Positions 17,757 to 25,607 of a stretch of DNA of 37,513 nt are shown here, piece after piece (within the stretch, counting starts at the first letter, position 1; every line of letters begins with the position of its first letter). A program made the position numbers and the translations under genes. The notes under the pieces are model-generated. The model was not told where the DNA came from. It saw only the letters and a program-made list of their open reading frames with translations, and did not search any database. Location of the stretch: IMG/VR virus record IMGVR_UViG_3300044645_001399, positions 1 to 37,513 of that record. The stretch is one strand, 5' to 3'. The DNA comes from a virus. Taxonomy: Duplodnaviria > Caudoviricetes.

Positions 17757-18020
17757 ATGGCCGAGCACGAAGTCTCACACGGGGACATTTACCACAAACT
17801 GGGCGCCCTGGAGGGCAAGCTGGACGCCGTGATCGCAAGCGTCGGCGAAAAGCGCACCGACCTGGGCGAGGCATTCCGGAGGATCAATGCCCTAGAGCAG
17901 GGCTTGGCCAAGTGGGCCGGTATCGCGCTGGTGGCCAGCATCATCATCCCGCTGGTGGTTTCGGCCGCAGCGCCGCGGATCCACTTCCCATCCGCCAGTC
18001 CTTCGCAGGTAAGACCGTGA
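17757..18020 (+). CDS. Holin-like / XhlA-like membrane protein
   Basis: 87 aa; N-terminal coiled coil (LGALEGKLD...RINALE) plus one C-terminal TM helix; first gene of the lysis cluster. Confidence 0.55.
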   Translation: MAEHEVSHGDIYHKLGALEGKLDAVIASVGEKRTDLGEAFRRINALEQGLAKWAGIALVASIIIPLVVSAAAPRIHFPSASPSQVRP

Positions 18021-18250
18021 ACCGCTCCACCGTCATCGCCAGCATCACCTCAGCCGCCACCATGTCGGTGCTGGCAGGGATGCTCTACATCGTGGACTGC
18101 CGCCGCGCTGGCGGCGACGTGGAGCGCTGCTGGCTCACTGGGCTGCCGTTTATGGGCCTGGGCGGCGCCAGCGCCGGGGCGTTCAAGCTGGGCTACGACA
18201 CCCTCAATCCGAAACTACGCAGCCGCCGCCCTGGCGACCCTGACGCATGA
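18017..18250 (+). CDS. Membrane protein, holin candidate (77 aa)
   Basis: GTG start overlapping the upstream stop (GTGA); two hydrophobic segments around a C..C loop; basic C-terminus. Confidence 0.55.
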   Translation: MNRSTVIASITSAATMSVLAGMLYIVDCRRAGGDVERCWLTGLPFMGLGGASAGAFKLGYDTLNPKLRSRRPGDPDA

Positions 18251-18399
18251 TGCTTCACCCGAACGCTGACCTGCTGCTGGGGCTGGCGGTATGGACCCTC
18301 ACCACCGGCGTTGCAGAGCTGGTCGTCAAGCCCGCCTGGCGCCGGCTCTACCGCCGCGCTGACAAGGCTACCGGCGACCGCCTGCCCGATCTGAAATGA
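18247..18399 (+). CDS. Small membrane protein (50 aa)
   Basis: Manual translation MMLHPNADLLLGLAVWTLTTGVAELVVKPAWRRLYRRADKATGDRLPDLK; ATGA overlaps at both ends. Confidence 0.6.
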   Translation: MMLHPNADLLLGLAVWTLTTGVAELVVKPAWRRLYRRADKATGDRLPDLK

Positions 18400-19274
18400 T
18401 CACCATCAAAGGCGACCGGTTCCTGATCGACGGCGAGGCCCGGCGGTTGGCCGGCAATCACACATGGGACGTGGTGCAGGAGATCAACGGGAACCGCACG
18501 CCGATCGACAAGCTCACCGGGAACTTCACCCGGTTGTGGACGGTGGAGACCAAGGCCTTCGTCAACAATCGCCCGCCGTTCGTTGGCGCCGACCCTGGCC
18601 TGATCCGCGTCAAGGGTGGGCCGTGGCGCAAGGATCTGAGCCTCAACGGCCGGTTCTACCGACGCATGGAGCAGGCCGTTGCGCAGGCCGACCGGCGGGA
18701 CATCGTGACCGGCGTAGTGCTGTTTGAGGGCTCGCTGCCCGATCTGTTCCCCCGTGCTTGGGAGTTTCACCCGTTCCGCGGCAAGGGGCCAGCGACGCAC
18801 CACGACGTGCACACGAAGGGGCCCTGGAACCAGTACCAGAAGGCGCACATCAAGCGGATGGTGCGCACCCTGGAGCCTTACGACAACGTGATCTACGAGG
18901 TCGGCAACGAGCTGACCAAGCCTTCCACCGGCTGGTTCCAGGGCTGGGTGGTCAAGCAGGTGCAGAAGCTCACCGATGCACCCGTGGGCGTCTCCTATGC
19001 CCGTGGCGTGCACCCCTCCGGCGGCCAGCAGTGGATGCGCCGCACCGGTGCCGATTGGCTCGCGCCTGGCGGGACTGCCCCGGTCGCCGGGTTCAAGGGG
19101 CCGCAGGTGCTCGACACGGACCACTCCTGGGCGCTCAGGTCGAACGTGCCAGGCCTGCAGACTGCAGCTAGGGCCGGCCGCCCCATCTGGCTGATGGACG
19201 GGTTCCAGGGCACGATGCTGGCCAATATCGACAGCCTCGCACCTGACCGCGCTTTCATTTCTTCCCTGCTATGA
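18396..19274 (+). CDS. Putative clan GH-A TIM-barrel glycoside hydrolase (GH5-like / DUF6298-like)
   Basis: 292 aa; ITIKGDRFLIDG, LAGNHTW, DLSLNGRFYRRM..AV..A..RDI...VVLF, YDNVIYEVGNE (Asn-Glu acid/base motif), LDTDH. Confidence 0.7.
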   Translation: MITIKGDRFLIDGEARRLAGNHTWDVVQEINGNRTPIDKLTGNFTRLWTVETKAFVNNRPPFVGADPGLIRVKGGPWRKDLSLNGRFYRRMEQAVAQADRRDIVTGVVLFEGSLPDLFPRAWEFHPFRGKGPATHHDVHTKGPWNQYQKAHIKRMVRTLEPYDNVIYEVGNELTKPSTGWFQGWVVKQVQKLTDAPVGVSYARGVHPSGGQQWMRRTGADWLAPGGTAPVAGFKGPQVLDTDHSWALRSNVPGLQTAARAGRPIWLMDGFQGTMLANIDSLAPDRAFISSLL

Positions 19275-20461
19275 CTTACGCCACCGTTCGCGGCGCCGCC
19301 GAGCATCTCGCCCGCGCCGGCACCATCACCCCTCACCAGCTGGCTGCCCTGGGCCGACTGGATGAACGCCTGAGGGATCACCCGGACATCATGCAGGAGT
19401 TCACGGACGGCTGGCGGGCGCAGGGCAGCCCTGCAGCGCCGGCGCCCGTGGCCGTTTGGCTGGCACCGGCCCGCACGATCGTGCGCGAGTTCGAGGGCTG
19501 CCACCTGAAGGCCTACCTGTGCCCGGCCAATGTGTGGACCGTGGGATGGGGCTCGACCACCATCGCCGGCAAGGTGGTGAGAGAGGGTCAGAGCATCACC
19601 CAGGCGCAGGCCGATGCGCAACTGGACGCCGATCTGCAACGGTTCTATGACGCCCTCGCCCGGGCGATCCCTGCGGTCGCTGGCTGGCCACCGAACAGGG
19701 CCGCCGCGCTGGTGTCGTGGACCTACAACGTGGGAGTGGGGGCGATGCAGGACAGCACCCTGCGGCGGCGCATCCTGGCGGGCGAGGATCCGGCGCAGGT
19801 GGTGGCGGCAGAGCTCCCCAGGTGGAACAAGGCGGACGGCAACCCGCTGCCCGGGCTGACCCGCAGGCGGGCTGCAGAGGTGGCGCTGTTTGTGGGGCAG
19901 CAGCTGCAGCAGCAGACCGGCTACGGCAACCCGCTGCAGGTGCCCTGGTACTCGCAGATGGATTCAGCCGACCGCGCCCAAGCCGCCCGGATGTGTTTCA
20001 GCTCCAGCAATGCCATGCTGCTGCAGTACCTCAAACCCGGCACCCTCAAGGGCGCCAATGGCGACGATCAGTATCTCAAGCGAGTCCAGCAGTACGGCGA
20101 CACGACCGACCCGACCGCGCAGATCCGGGCGCTGTCGAGCTTTGGGATCCGGGCGAAGTTCACCAAGGTGGCAGGGTTCGCCGATCTGGAGCAGCAGATC
20201 AACCGCGGCGTGCCTGTGCCCTGCGGGTTCCTGCATCGCGGCCCGGTGTCGGCCCCATCCGGCGGCGGCCACTGGCTGATCGTGGTGGGCTACGACCGGG
20301 ACGATCTGATCGTTCACGATCCCTTCGGTGAAGCCGATCTAGTAAACGGCACCACCCTGGGCGGCGTGGCCCGGTTCGCCAGATACAGCCGGCGAAACTT
20401 CGGCTCGCGGTGGATGGTGGAAGGCGCGAATACGGGATGGGCAGTCATCGCTGAGCGCTGA
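19271..20461 (+). CDS. Endolysin: GH24 phage lysozyme fused to a C39-like peptidase
   Basis: FEG...AYLCPANVWTVGWGST, YNVG, STL, RWNKA...GLTRRRAAE; then VPWYSQ...CFSSS...GHWLIVVGY...VHDP. Confidence 0.9.
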   Translation: MTYATVRGAAEHLARAGTITPHQLAALGRLDERLRDHPDIMQEFTDGWRAQGSPAAPAPVAVWLAPARTIVREFEGCHLKAYLCPANVWTVGWGSTTIAGKVVREGQSITQAQADAQLDADLQRFYDALARAIPAVAGWPPNRAAALVSWTYNVGVGAMQDSTLRRRILAGEDPAQVVAAELPRWNKADGNPLPGLTRRRAAEVALFVGQQLQQQTGYGNPLQVPWYSQMDSADRAQAARMCFSSSNAMLLQYLKPGTLKGANGDDQYLKRVQQYGDTTDPTAQIRALSSFGIRAKFTKVAGFADLEQQINRGVPVPCGFLHRGPVSAPSGGGHWLIVVGYDRDDLIVHDPFGEADLVNGTTLGGVARFARYSRRNFGSRWMVEGANTGWAVIAER

Positions 20462-20805
20462 TGCCCTTCGATCACCAGATCGACCAGACCGAACTACAGC
20501 CCAAGAAAGCCACCAAGGCCCGATTCAGGCGCAGGATCTTCGCCGAGTGGGACCACGCCTGCGCATACTGCGCCGACCCAGCCGACACGCTCGACCACGT
20601 GCTGCCGCGCTCCAGGGGCGGGCTGACGGTGGCTGAGAACCTGGTGCCGGCATGCCGCCGGTGCAACGGGGCCAAGTCATCCACCGACTGGCGGGAGTGG
20701 TTCAGGGCCCAGGCCTGGCACTGCATCGAGCGGGAGGGCAGGATTGATGGATGGCTAGGGGGTGGTCTGCACACTGAAGGCATAGCCCAGTCTCCCCCGT
20801 CGTGA
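20461..20805 (+). CDS. HNH endonuclease
   Basis: CAYC...TLDHVLPRSRGG...NLVPACRRCNGAK. Confidence 0.9.
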   Translation: MPFDHQIDQTELQPKKATKARFRRRIFAEWDHACAYCADPADTLDHVLPRSRGGLTVAENLVPACRRCNGAKSSTDWREWFRAQAWHCIEREGRIDGWLGGGLHTEGIAQSPPS

Positions 20806-20820
20806 TAGCTATCTGAAGCG

Positions 20821-21972
20821 ATGACGACCGAACGCCCTTATCAGTGTCGCCGGTCAAAGGTTTGCAGGGCTTGGATTCCTGAATCGTCGGTTGAGTGGGT
20901 TGAACAGTCAGGCCAGCGGCGGCCTTTATGCAAGCCGGGGTGCTGCCCCAACGGCAAGCGCAGCGATACAGCCGATGATGTGCTGGCGCTACAGCTGGAA
21001 GCGCGCCGGCTGCGGGCAGAGACGCGGGATGCCAAAGCCAGCGCAGAGCGCGCCCTGGCCAAGCTGGAGGCGGTGCAGGATGCGCTGACGCTGGCGCTTG
21101 AGATCAAGGACATTTTTGATCAGGGCGTCATCACCCCGCCAGAGGATCCGCAGAAAGATGAGGCGGTGCCAATCCTGCTGCTGTCTGATCTGCACTGCGG
21201 GCAGATCGTCAAGCCGTCATCCGTCAACGGGCTCAACGAGTTCAACCCCGAGATCTTTGACGACCGGCTAGATGCCGTGTTCCGCAATGCGCAGAAGGTG
21301 ATCAACGGGCAGCGGAGCACAGCAACAATCCGCGAGGCGGTGATCTGGCTGGGCGGCGATCTGATTGAAGGGGAGCTACACGGCGATGCGGTGCAGAATC
21401 AGACGCTGACCACCACGCAGCAGATCGTCAGGTGTGAACGGGCGATCGTGCGGGGGCTGGACTACCTGCTGCAGCATTCCGACCTGGAGAGGATCCTGAT
21501 CCCCTGCAACGTGGGCAACCACGGGCGAAACACCAAGAAGCAGCAGAGCAACGCAACAGAGAACAGCTACGAGCATCTGGCGTATTGCTCAATGCGCCGG
21601 CATTACCGGGATGAGTCGCGGCTGGAGTGGTTCATCGCTGATGCTGACTGCCTCTATCTGGATGTGTACGGCAAGCGTTTGCGATTCTTCCATGGCGATT
21701 CGGTGAAATACAACGGCGGGGCGGCGGGGCCGCTGTGGAACGTGGACAAACACGCCAAGAACCTGGACCAGTCGGTGCCGGCTGATCACACCTTCCACGG
21801 CCACTTCCACACGCTGGGGTTTGGGTCCAGGGCAACGAGCAACGGCAGCCTGCCGGGGTGCGCACCGTACGGGCTACAGAGCGGCTACCGAATCGAGCGG
21901 CCACAGCAGGGGATGCGGTTCCTGCACAGCCACAAGGGATTTGCCGGATCGTTCCCGATCTTCACCGAGTGA
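20821..21972 (+). CDS. Calcineurin-like metallophosphoesterase with Cys-rich and coiled-coil N-terminus
   Basis: SDLHCG, GGDLIEG, GNHGR, FHGD, GHFH motifs in canonical order. Confidence 0.85.
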   Translation: MTTERPYQCRRSKVCRAWIPESSVEWVEQSGQRRPLCKPGCCPNGKRSDTADDVLALQLEARRLRAETRDAKASAERALAKLEAVQDALTLALEIKDIFDQGVITPPEDPQKDEAVPILLLSDLHCGQIVKPSSVNGLNEFNPEIFDDRLDAVFRNAQKVINGQRSTATIREAVIWLGGDLIEGELHGDAVQNQTLTTTQQIVRCERAIVRGLDYLLQHSDLERILIPCNVGNHGRNTKKQQSNATENSYEHLAYCSMRRHYRDESRLEWFIADADCLYLDVYGKRLRFFHGDSVKYNGGAAGPLWNVDKHAKNLDQSVPADHTFHGHFHTLGFGSRATSNGSLPGCAPYGLQSGYRIERPQQGMRFLHSHKGFAGSFPIFTE

Positions 21973-21976
21973 GCGC

Positions 21977-22174
21977 CTAGGGCGTCGGGATCCCGCGGCT
22001 GGCGAGCATCATCCTTAGCACCGCGATGGCTCGCTCCCCTGAGTAGCACCTGACCCGCTTGCCCAGGCCAACCACAACCCAGCAGGCGCCGCCACGGGCG
22101 TCACGCTCCACGGTGATGTAGGGCGGGGGCTGCACAGGTGGCTGCACAGACTGAACCAACTGCTGCGCGGACAT
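21977..22174 (-). CDS. Hypothetical protein (about 65 aa; start uncertain)
   Basis: ...PYITVERDARGGACWVVVGLGKRVRCYSGERAIAVLRMML; fills the gap between two + genes; weak resemblance to 27445..27654. Confidence 0.5.
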   Translation of the reverse strand: MSAQQLVQSVQPPVQPPPYITVERDARGGACWVVVGLGKRVRCYSGERAIAVLRMMLASRGIPTP

Positions 22175-22445
22175 GCTGGGCCTCGATCTCACCCTCAGCC
22201 TGTCGAGCTCCTTCGAGATGGAGCGCGACCGCCGCGCCGCCGCGCACATGAGCCGGGACCAGCTGGCGGAGCGCTGCGATGAGCTGATCCAGGCCTGGTA
22301 CCAGCAGCAGCACCTGATCGTGGAGCTGCAGCGCAAGGCGGCCAACCTGCAGGTGGAACTTGCGCTGAAGGGGGCGCCGCCGTTGGGTGAGCCGACGGGT
22401 GAGCATCACCGGTGGGCGCGGGAGCTGGGGAGGCGGCTGCCGTGA
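22173..22445 (+). CDS. nblA: NblA-like phycobilisome degradation protein (putative)
   Basis: LSLSSSFEMERDRRAAAHMSRDQLAERCDELIQAWYQQQHLIVEL aligns without gaps to the recalled NblA core LSLEQQFSIRSFATQVQNMSHDQAKDFLVKLYEQMVVREATYQEL. Confidence 0.55.
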   Translation: MLGLDLTLSLSSSFEMERDRRAAAHMSRDQLAERCDELIQAWYQQQHLIVELQRKAANLQVELALKGAPPLGEPTGEHHRWARELGRRLP

Positions 22446-22547
22446 TCAACACCCGCCAAGCGGGTCACTCATTCACCCAGTCCGAGCCAACGGATAGGAC
22501 GGCTCCGCTGCTGCGGGGCGATGCAGGTTCAATTCCTGCCTGGGTGC

Positions 22548-23606
22548 TCACCAACTCCCCCCAGCAGCAGCGATCCGCAGCCGATCGCCGAGGCAGACCC
22601 AGTTCCGAGGAAATCCCCCAACCCTGCGCAGCGCCGGGGACGTGGGCTTCACCCTTTCAATCGGCACCAGCACCAGCTGATCAGGCCGCTCGCGGCGCCG
22701 CCTGCTCCGATCCTTCGGCTCCACCGTCCCCCGTTCCACCGCCACCAGAACCAGCTGCACCGACTGCGACGCCAGTGCCGCCTGCAGCCGCTCCAGTCGC
22801 ACCTCCAAAGCCCGTGTGCTCAGGCCTTCCTGCTGGGCCAGCTCAGGCCGCGGCACCTCCACCCCGTCGAGGCCCCAGGCCAGGGACAACAACCTGCGAT
22901 CCTGCGGCGCCAACCTGGCGATCAGGCCACGCAGCTGCTCCGCCTGGCGCCAGCGTTCGCGCTGCTCCTCTTCATCCTCTGGCGTGCGGTCGTAGGTGGC
23001 GCACAGGCTGCCCAGCTCTAGCCCGTCATCCGTCACCACCTGGTCAAGGCTGGCGACCGATCGGCCGTTCTCAACCACCTGCTCCAGCACCTTCACGCTG
23101 ACGCCCAGCTCTGCGGCGATCTCCGCCTGCGTTGGCGTGCGGTTTAGCTCCAGCTCCAGCCGGCTGGTGATGGCCTGCAGCTTCGCTAGATGCTGGCAGT
23201 GGCTGCCGGGGATGGCGATCGCCCTGCTGTACTGGTCAATGTGCCGGTTCACCCCCTGCCGGATCCACCACCAGGCATACGTGCTGAATCTGTAGCCCTT
23301 AGCGGGATCGAACCGCTCTGCTGCCGTCAGCAAGGCCATGTTCCCGGCCTGGATCAGATCCTCGCGATCCTGCCCGGCGAACAGGCGGCTGCGGCGGGAG
23401 ATGTACGCCACCACCAGCCGCAGATTCGCTGAGACGAAGCGATCCCGCGCCCGCATGCCCCGGCGCCGGATGCCTGGCGGGCACTCGCCGGGATGGGTCT
23501 GCCATTGCTGGATGGCCGTGCCGAGTTCGATTTCCTCGGCTGGCGTGAGCAGGGGTATGCGCCCGATCGAGTCGAGCCACCAGGACTGGTTGGAGCTGGC
23601 TGGCAC
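22548..23606 (-). CDS. RNA polymerase sigma-70 family factor (RpoD/SigA-like, lacking region 1.1)
   Basis: IGRIPLLTPAEEIELG (1.2), ANLRLVV (2.1), DLIQAG (2.2), RFDPAKGYRFSTYAWWWIRQ (2.3-2.4), RTPT..EIA (3); GTG start. Confidence 0.93.
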   Translation of the reverse strand: MPASSNQSWWLDSIGRIPLLTPAEEIELGTAIQQWQTHPGECPPGIRRRGMRARDRFVSANLRLVVAYISRRSRLFAGQDREDLIQAGNMALLTAAERFDPAKGYRFSTYAWWWIRQGVNRHIDQYSRAIAIPGSHCQHLAKLQAITSRLELELNRTPTQAEIAAELGVSVKVLEQVVENGRSVASLDQVVTDDGLELGSLCATYDRTPEDEEEQRERWRQAEQLRGLIARLAPQDRRLLSLAWGLDGVEVPRPELAQQEGLSTRALEVRLERLQAALASQSVQLVLVAVERGTVEPKDRSRRRRERPDQLVLVPIERVKPTSPALRRVGGFPRNWVCLGDRLRIAAAGGSW

Positions 23607-23632
23607 CGGGTCGAGTGTGACGATTTGCCCCC

Positions 23633-23638
23633 ATCATA
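23633..23638 (-). promoter_or_regulatory. Putative -10 box (TATGAT) for the sigma gene
   Basis: ATCATA on + strand, 26 nt upstream of the GTG start, in a divergent intergenic region. Confidence 0.45.
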
Positions 23639-23669
23639 GGGTGCGAAAGGGGTTCCGATCCGGTATGGT
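23639..23669 (+). promoter_or_regulatory. Putative early promoter GTGCGA-N17-TATGGT
   Basis: Heads the rightward small-gene array; 23/31 identical to the leftward element at 29325-29355. Confidence 0.55.
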
Positions 23670-23696
23670 GTGTGGGCGTTCACCACTCGCTACGCC

Positions 23697-24005
23697 ATGC
23701 CACAGGAATGGATCACAGACCGTCTGCCGACAGAGGCGGATGGGGATTGTGACGGGGATGTGCGGATGGTTCCAGCCCCGCACGCGGACCCTGATGATTA
23801 CCTGCTAGTCCACTGGAGCTACGTGGGCGATGCCGTTCCGTGGCAGCACACCAGCTGCTGGAAGCCGCCCGCCAACCCCATCCCCACCGAGCCCTTGCTG
23901 ACGTTTCGTCAGCGCGTCACCGCGCTGGAGCGGCGGGTGGCGGAGCTGGAGGCGTTCAAGAAGGCGCTAATGCAGCCATCCGTCCGCTACTACCTGGGGA
24001 ATTGA
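23697..24005 (+). CDS. Hypothetical protein
   Basis: MPQEWITDRLPTEADGD.DGDV...HWS.V...PW; C-terminal coiled coil; ATG downstream of the predicted promoter. Confidence 0.7.
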   Translation: MPQEWITDRLPTEADGDCDGDVRMVPAPHADPDDYLLVHWSYVGDAVPWQHTSCWKPPANPIPTEPLLTFRQRVTALERRVAELEAFKKALMQPSVRYYLGN

Positions 24006-24007
24006 CC

Positions 24008-24616
24008 ATGACCACCACCCTCTACGCCCTAACCGGCGACGCTCTCAGGCTCCAAAACCAGATCGACGAGGCCGCCGCCGATCTGTTCTCTGATGACCCC
24101 GCAGTGGTGGCCGCGGCCACTGCCACGCTGGAAGGCCTGATCTCGGCCGAGGCCGACAACAAACAGGCCATCCTCTCCAAGGCCGACGCCTGGTGCTGGG
24201 TGATTGACTCGCTCAGGGCCCGGCACGCTGCCCGCAAGGCTCGCGCTCAGGCGCTGGCAGAGCTGGCCGCTGCTGATGAGCAGCAGGCGGATGCGCTGCA
24301 GGATCGGTTGGTCCAGGCGCTGCAGAAGGCCATCCCTGATGAGACCTCCTACCAGCTGCCTGAGCACAAGCTGGCCAGCCGGAAAACCACGGTTGTGGTG
24401 GTGGACTGCGAGCCGGAGGACCTGCCGGAGATGTTCCAGCGGATCAAGATCGAGGCCGACAAGACCGCGATCAAGGACGCAATCAAGACCGCTTTGGTCG
24501 CAGCGGTGAAGGCTGCGCCGGATGAAGAGGCCAAGGCCAAGGCCTACGCAGCCGCCGTGGTGGGGACCGTGCCCGGCTGCTTCCTGATGGAGCGACGGAG
24601 CTGGAGTATCAAATGA
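24008..24616 (+). CDS. Siphovirus Gp157-like (Gam-like) protein
   Basis: MTTTLYALT..., KADAWCWVI, long coiled coil, RKT..VVV....LP..FQRIKIEADKTAIKDAIK, VPGC.L.ER.SWSIK. Confidence 0.75.
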   Translation: MTTTLYALTGDALRLQNQIDEAAADLFSDDPAVVAAATATLEGLISAEADNKQAILSKADAWCWVIDSLRARHAARKARAQALAELAAADEQQADALQDRLVQALQKAIPDETSYQLPEHKLASRKTTVVVVDCEPEDLPEMFQRIKIEADKTAIKDAIKTALVAAVKAAPDEEAKAKAYAAAVVGTVPGCFLMERRSWSIK

Positions 24617-24909
24617 GCACCCCCCTGGAATGCCCCGGCGCCCTCTCCGACCTGATCCTTCAGGCCGCCCGCCAGGCGCTGCCAACTAACCCGCAGCAGC
24701 TGATCCGCCTCCCCGACTGCGGCGAGCGCAACCGCCCCCTCATGCCCCTATTGGTGGGGCTGATCGATGCGGCAAAGGTCACGGCCACCGCCATCAACGA
24801 CAACGCCTGGGACTCAGGGCAGGCCGTGCCAAAGGATCTGACGGTCGATCTGGTCGCCGAGCTGGAAGCCATCCGCTTGCATATCCTCGCCGCCAATGAT
24901 GCTTTCTAA
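24613..24909 (+). CDS. Hypothetical protein
   Basis: 98 aa ORF with ATGA overlap in the array. Confidence 0.65.
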   Translation: MSTPLECPGALSDLILQAARQALPTNPQQLIRLPDCGERNRPLMPLLVGLIDAAKVTATAINDNAWDSGQAVPKDLTVDLVAELEAIRLHILAANDAF

Positions 24910-24912
24910 ACC

Positions 24913-25095
24913 ATGTCCACACTCACCGGAATCACCCACAGAATTACCTACCGGAGACTCACTGATGACACGATCCACAAACTTGAATGGACCTGCCCCA
25001 AGGGGTGGAGTCGTACTGCCGTTCGAGAGGCCTTCTACGCTCAGTTCCCCGGCGCCGAAATCATCGAAATCACGGAGGCCCCATGCTCCATCTGA
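24913..25095 (+). CDS. Hypothetical protein
   Basis: 60 aa ORF starting 3 nt after the previous stop; protein-like composition. Confidence 0.6.
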   Translation: MSTLTGITHRITYRRLTDDTIHKLEWTCPKGWSRTAVREAFYAQFPGAEIIEITEAPCSI

Positions 25096-25181
25096 TCACC
25101 GCCTGGCTGCTCAGCTCCGTCAGGGCCAGGCCCGCCGCGCTCAGGCTGCTGCCCAGGCCGCTGCCGGTCGCCGAGCCGTGA
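25083..25181 (+). CDS. Possible micro-ORF (32 aa)
   Basis: MLHLITAWLLSSVRARPAALRLLPRPLPVAEP; its stop overlaps the next GTG (GTGA). Confidence 0.35.
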   Translation: MLHLITAWLLSSVRARPAALRLLPRPLPVAEP

Positions 25182-25276
25182 TTGCCGCCGCGCTGGCCCT
25201 GTTGGGCATGGTGGCTGGCGCCGTGGTGCTGGTGCAGGAGGTGGGGATTCAGGCTCAGGAGGTGCGCCGTGGCTGA
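25178..25276 (+). CDS. Possible small membrane protein (32 aa)
   Basis: GTG start; IAAALALLGMVAGAVVLV hydrophobic stretch; ends EVRRG overlapping the next start. Confidence 0.4.
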   Translation: MIAAALALLGMVAGAVVLVQEVGIQAQEVRRG

Positions 25277-25607
25277 TCATCCTGTGAAGGTGTCAGAAGA
25301 TCTAGTGAGCCAGTGGTGGGAAGAAGCCGTTGAGGCCAGGTCTGAATATTGGCCTGCGCATGTCGCCGACCGCGCCGCCCAGTGGGGCGCGGATCAGGAA
25401 CTAGAGGCGTGCTGTGAGTGGGTAGAAGCCAGAGGATATTCCCGCCTTGCTGCTGACGGACTCCGCGCCACTCGCCGCCCCAAGCCGCCGACGCTGGCAG
25501 AGCAGGGGCTGGAAGCGCTGCGGTCAACACCCTGCACTGAGCAGCGCCACTACGACGCAATGTTCGCCGCCCTCACCCGTCTCGCCGAACTGGAGGCCCA
25601 GCAATGA
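25269..25607 (+). CDS. Hypothetical protein of a family recalled from cyanophages
   Basis: GTG start after GGAGG; AAQWGADQELEACCEW...LRATRRPKPPTL motif; ends ELEAQQ. Confidence 0.7.
   Translation: MADHPVKVSEDLVSQWWEEAVEARSEYWPAHVADRAAQWGADQELEACCEWVEARGYSRLAADGLRATRRPKPPTLAEQGLEALRSTPCTEQRHYDAMFAALTRLAELEAQQ

Noticed and set aside
1053-20331. Numerous 60-260 aa antisense or alternate-frame ORFs across the tail and lysis region
   Set aside because: They fully overlap motif-supported + strand genes and reflect stop-codon scarcity at high GC.
20461-20805. HNH gene as an intron-encoded or homing element
   Set aside because: Free-standing, coupled to the endolysin stop, flanking genes uninterrupted, no intron structure seen.
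22412-23101. 229-aa Pro/Ala-rich + strand ORF
   Set aside because: Antisense shadow of the sigma factor gene, typical of high-GC DNA.
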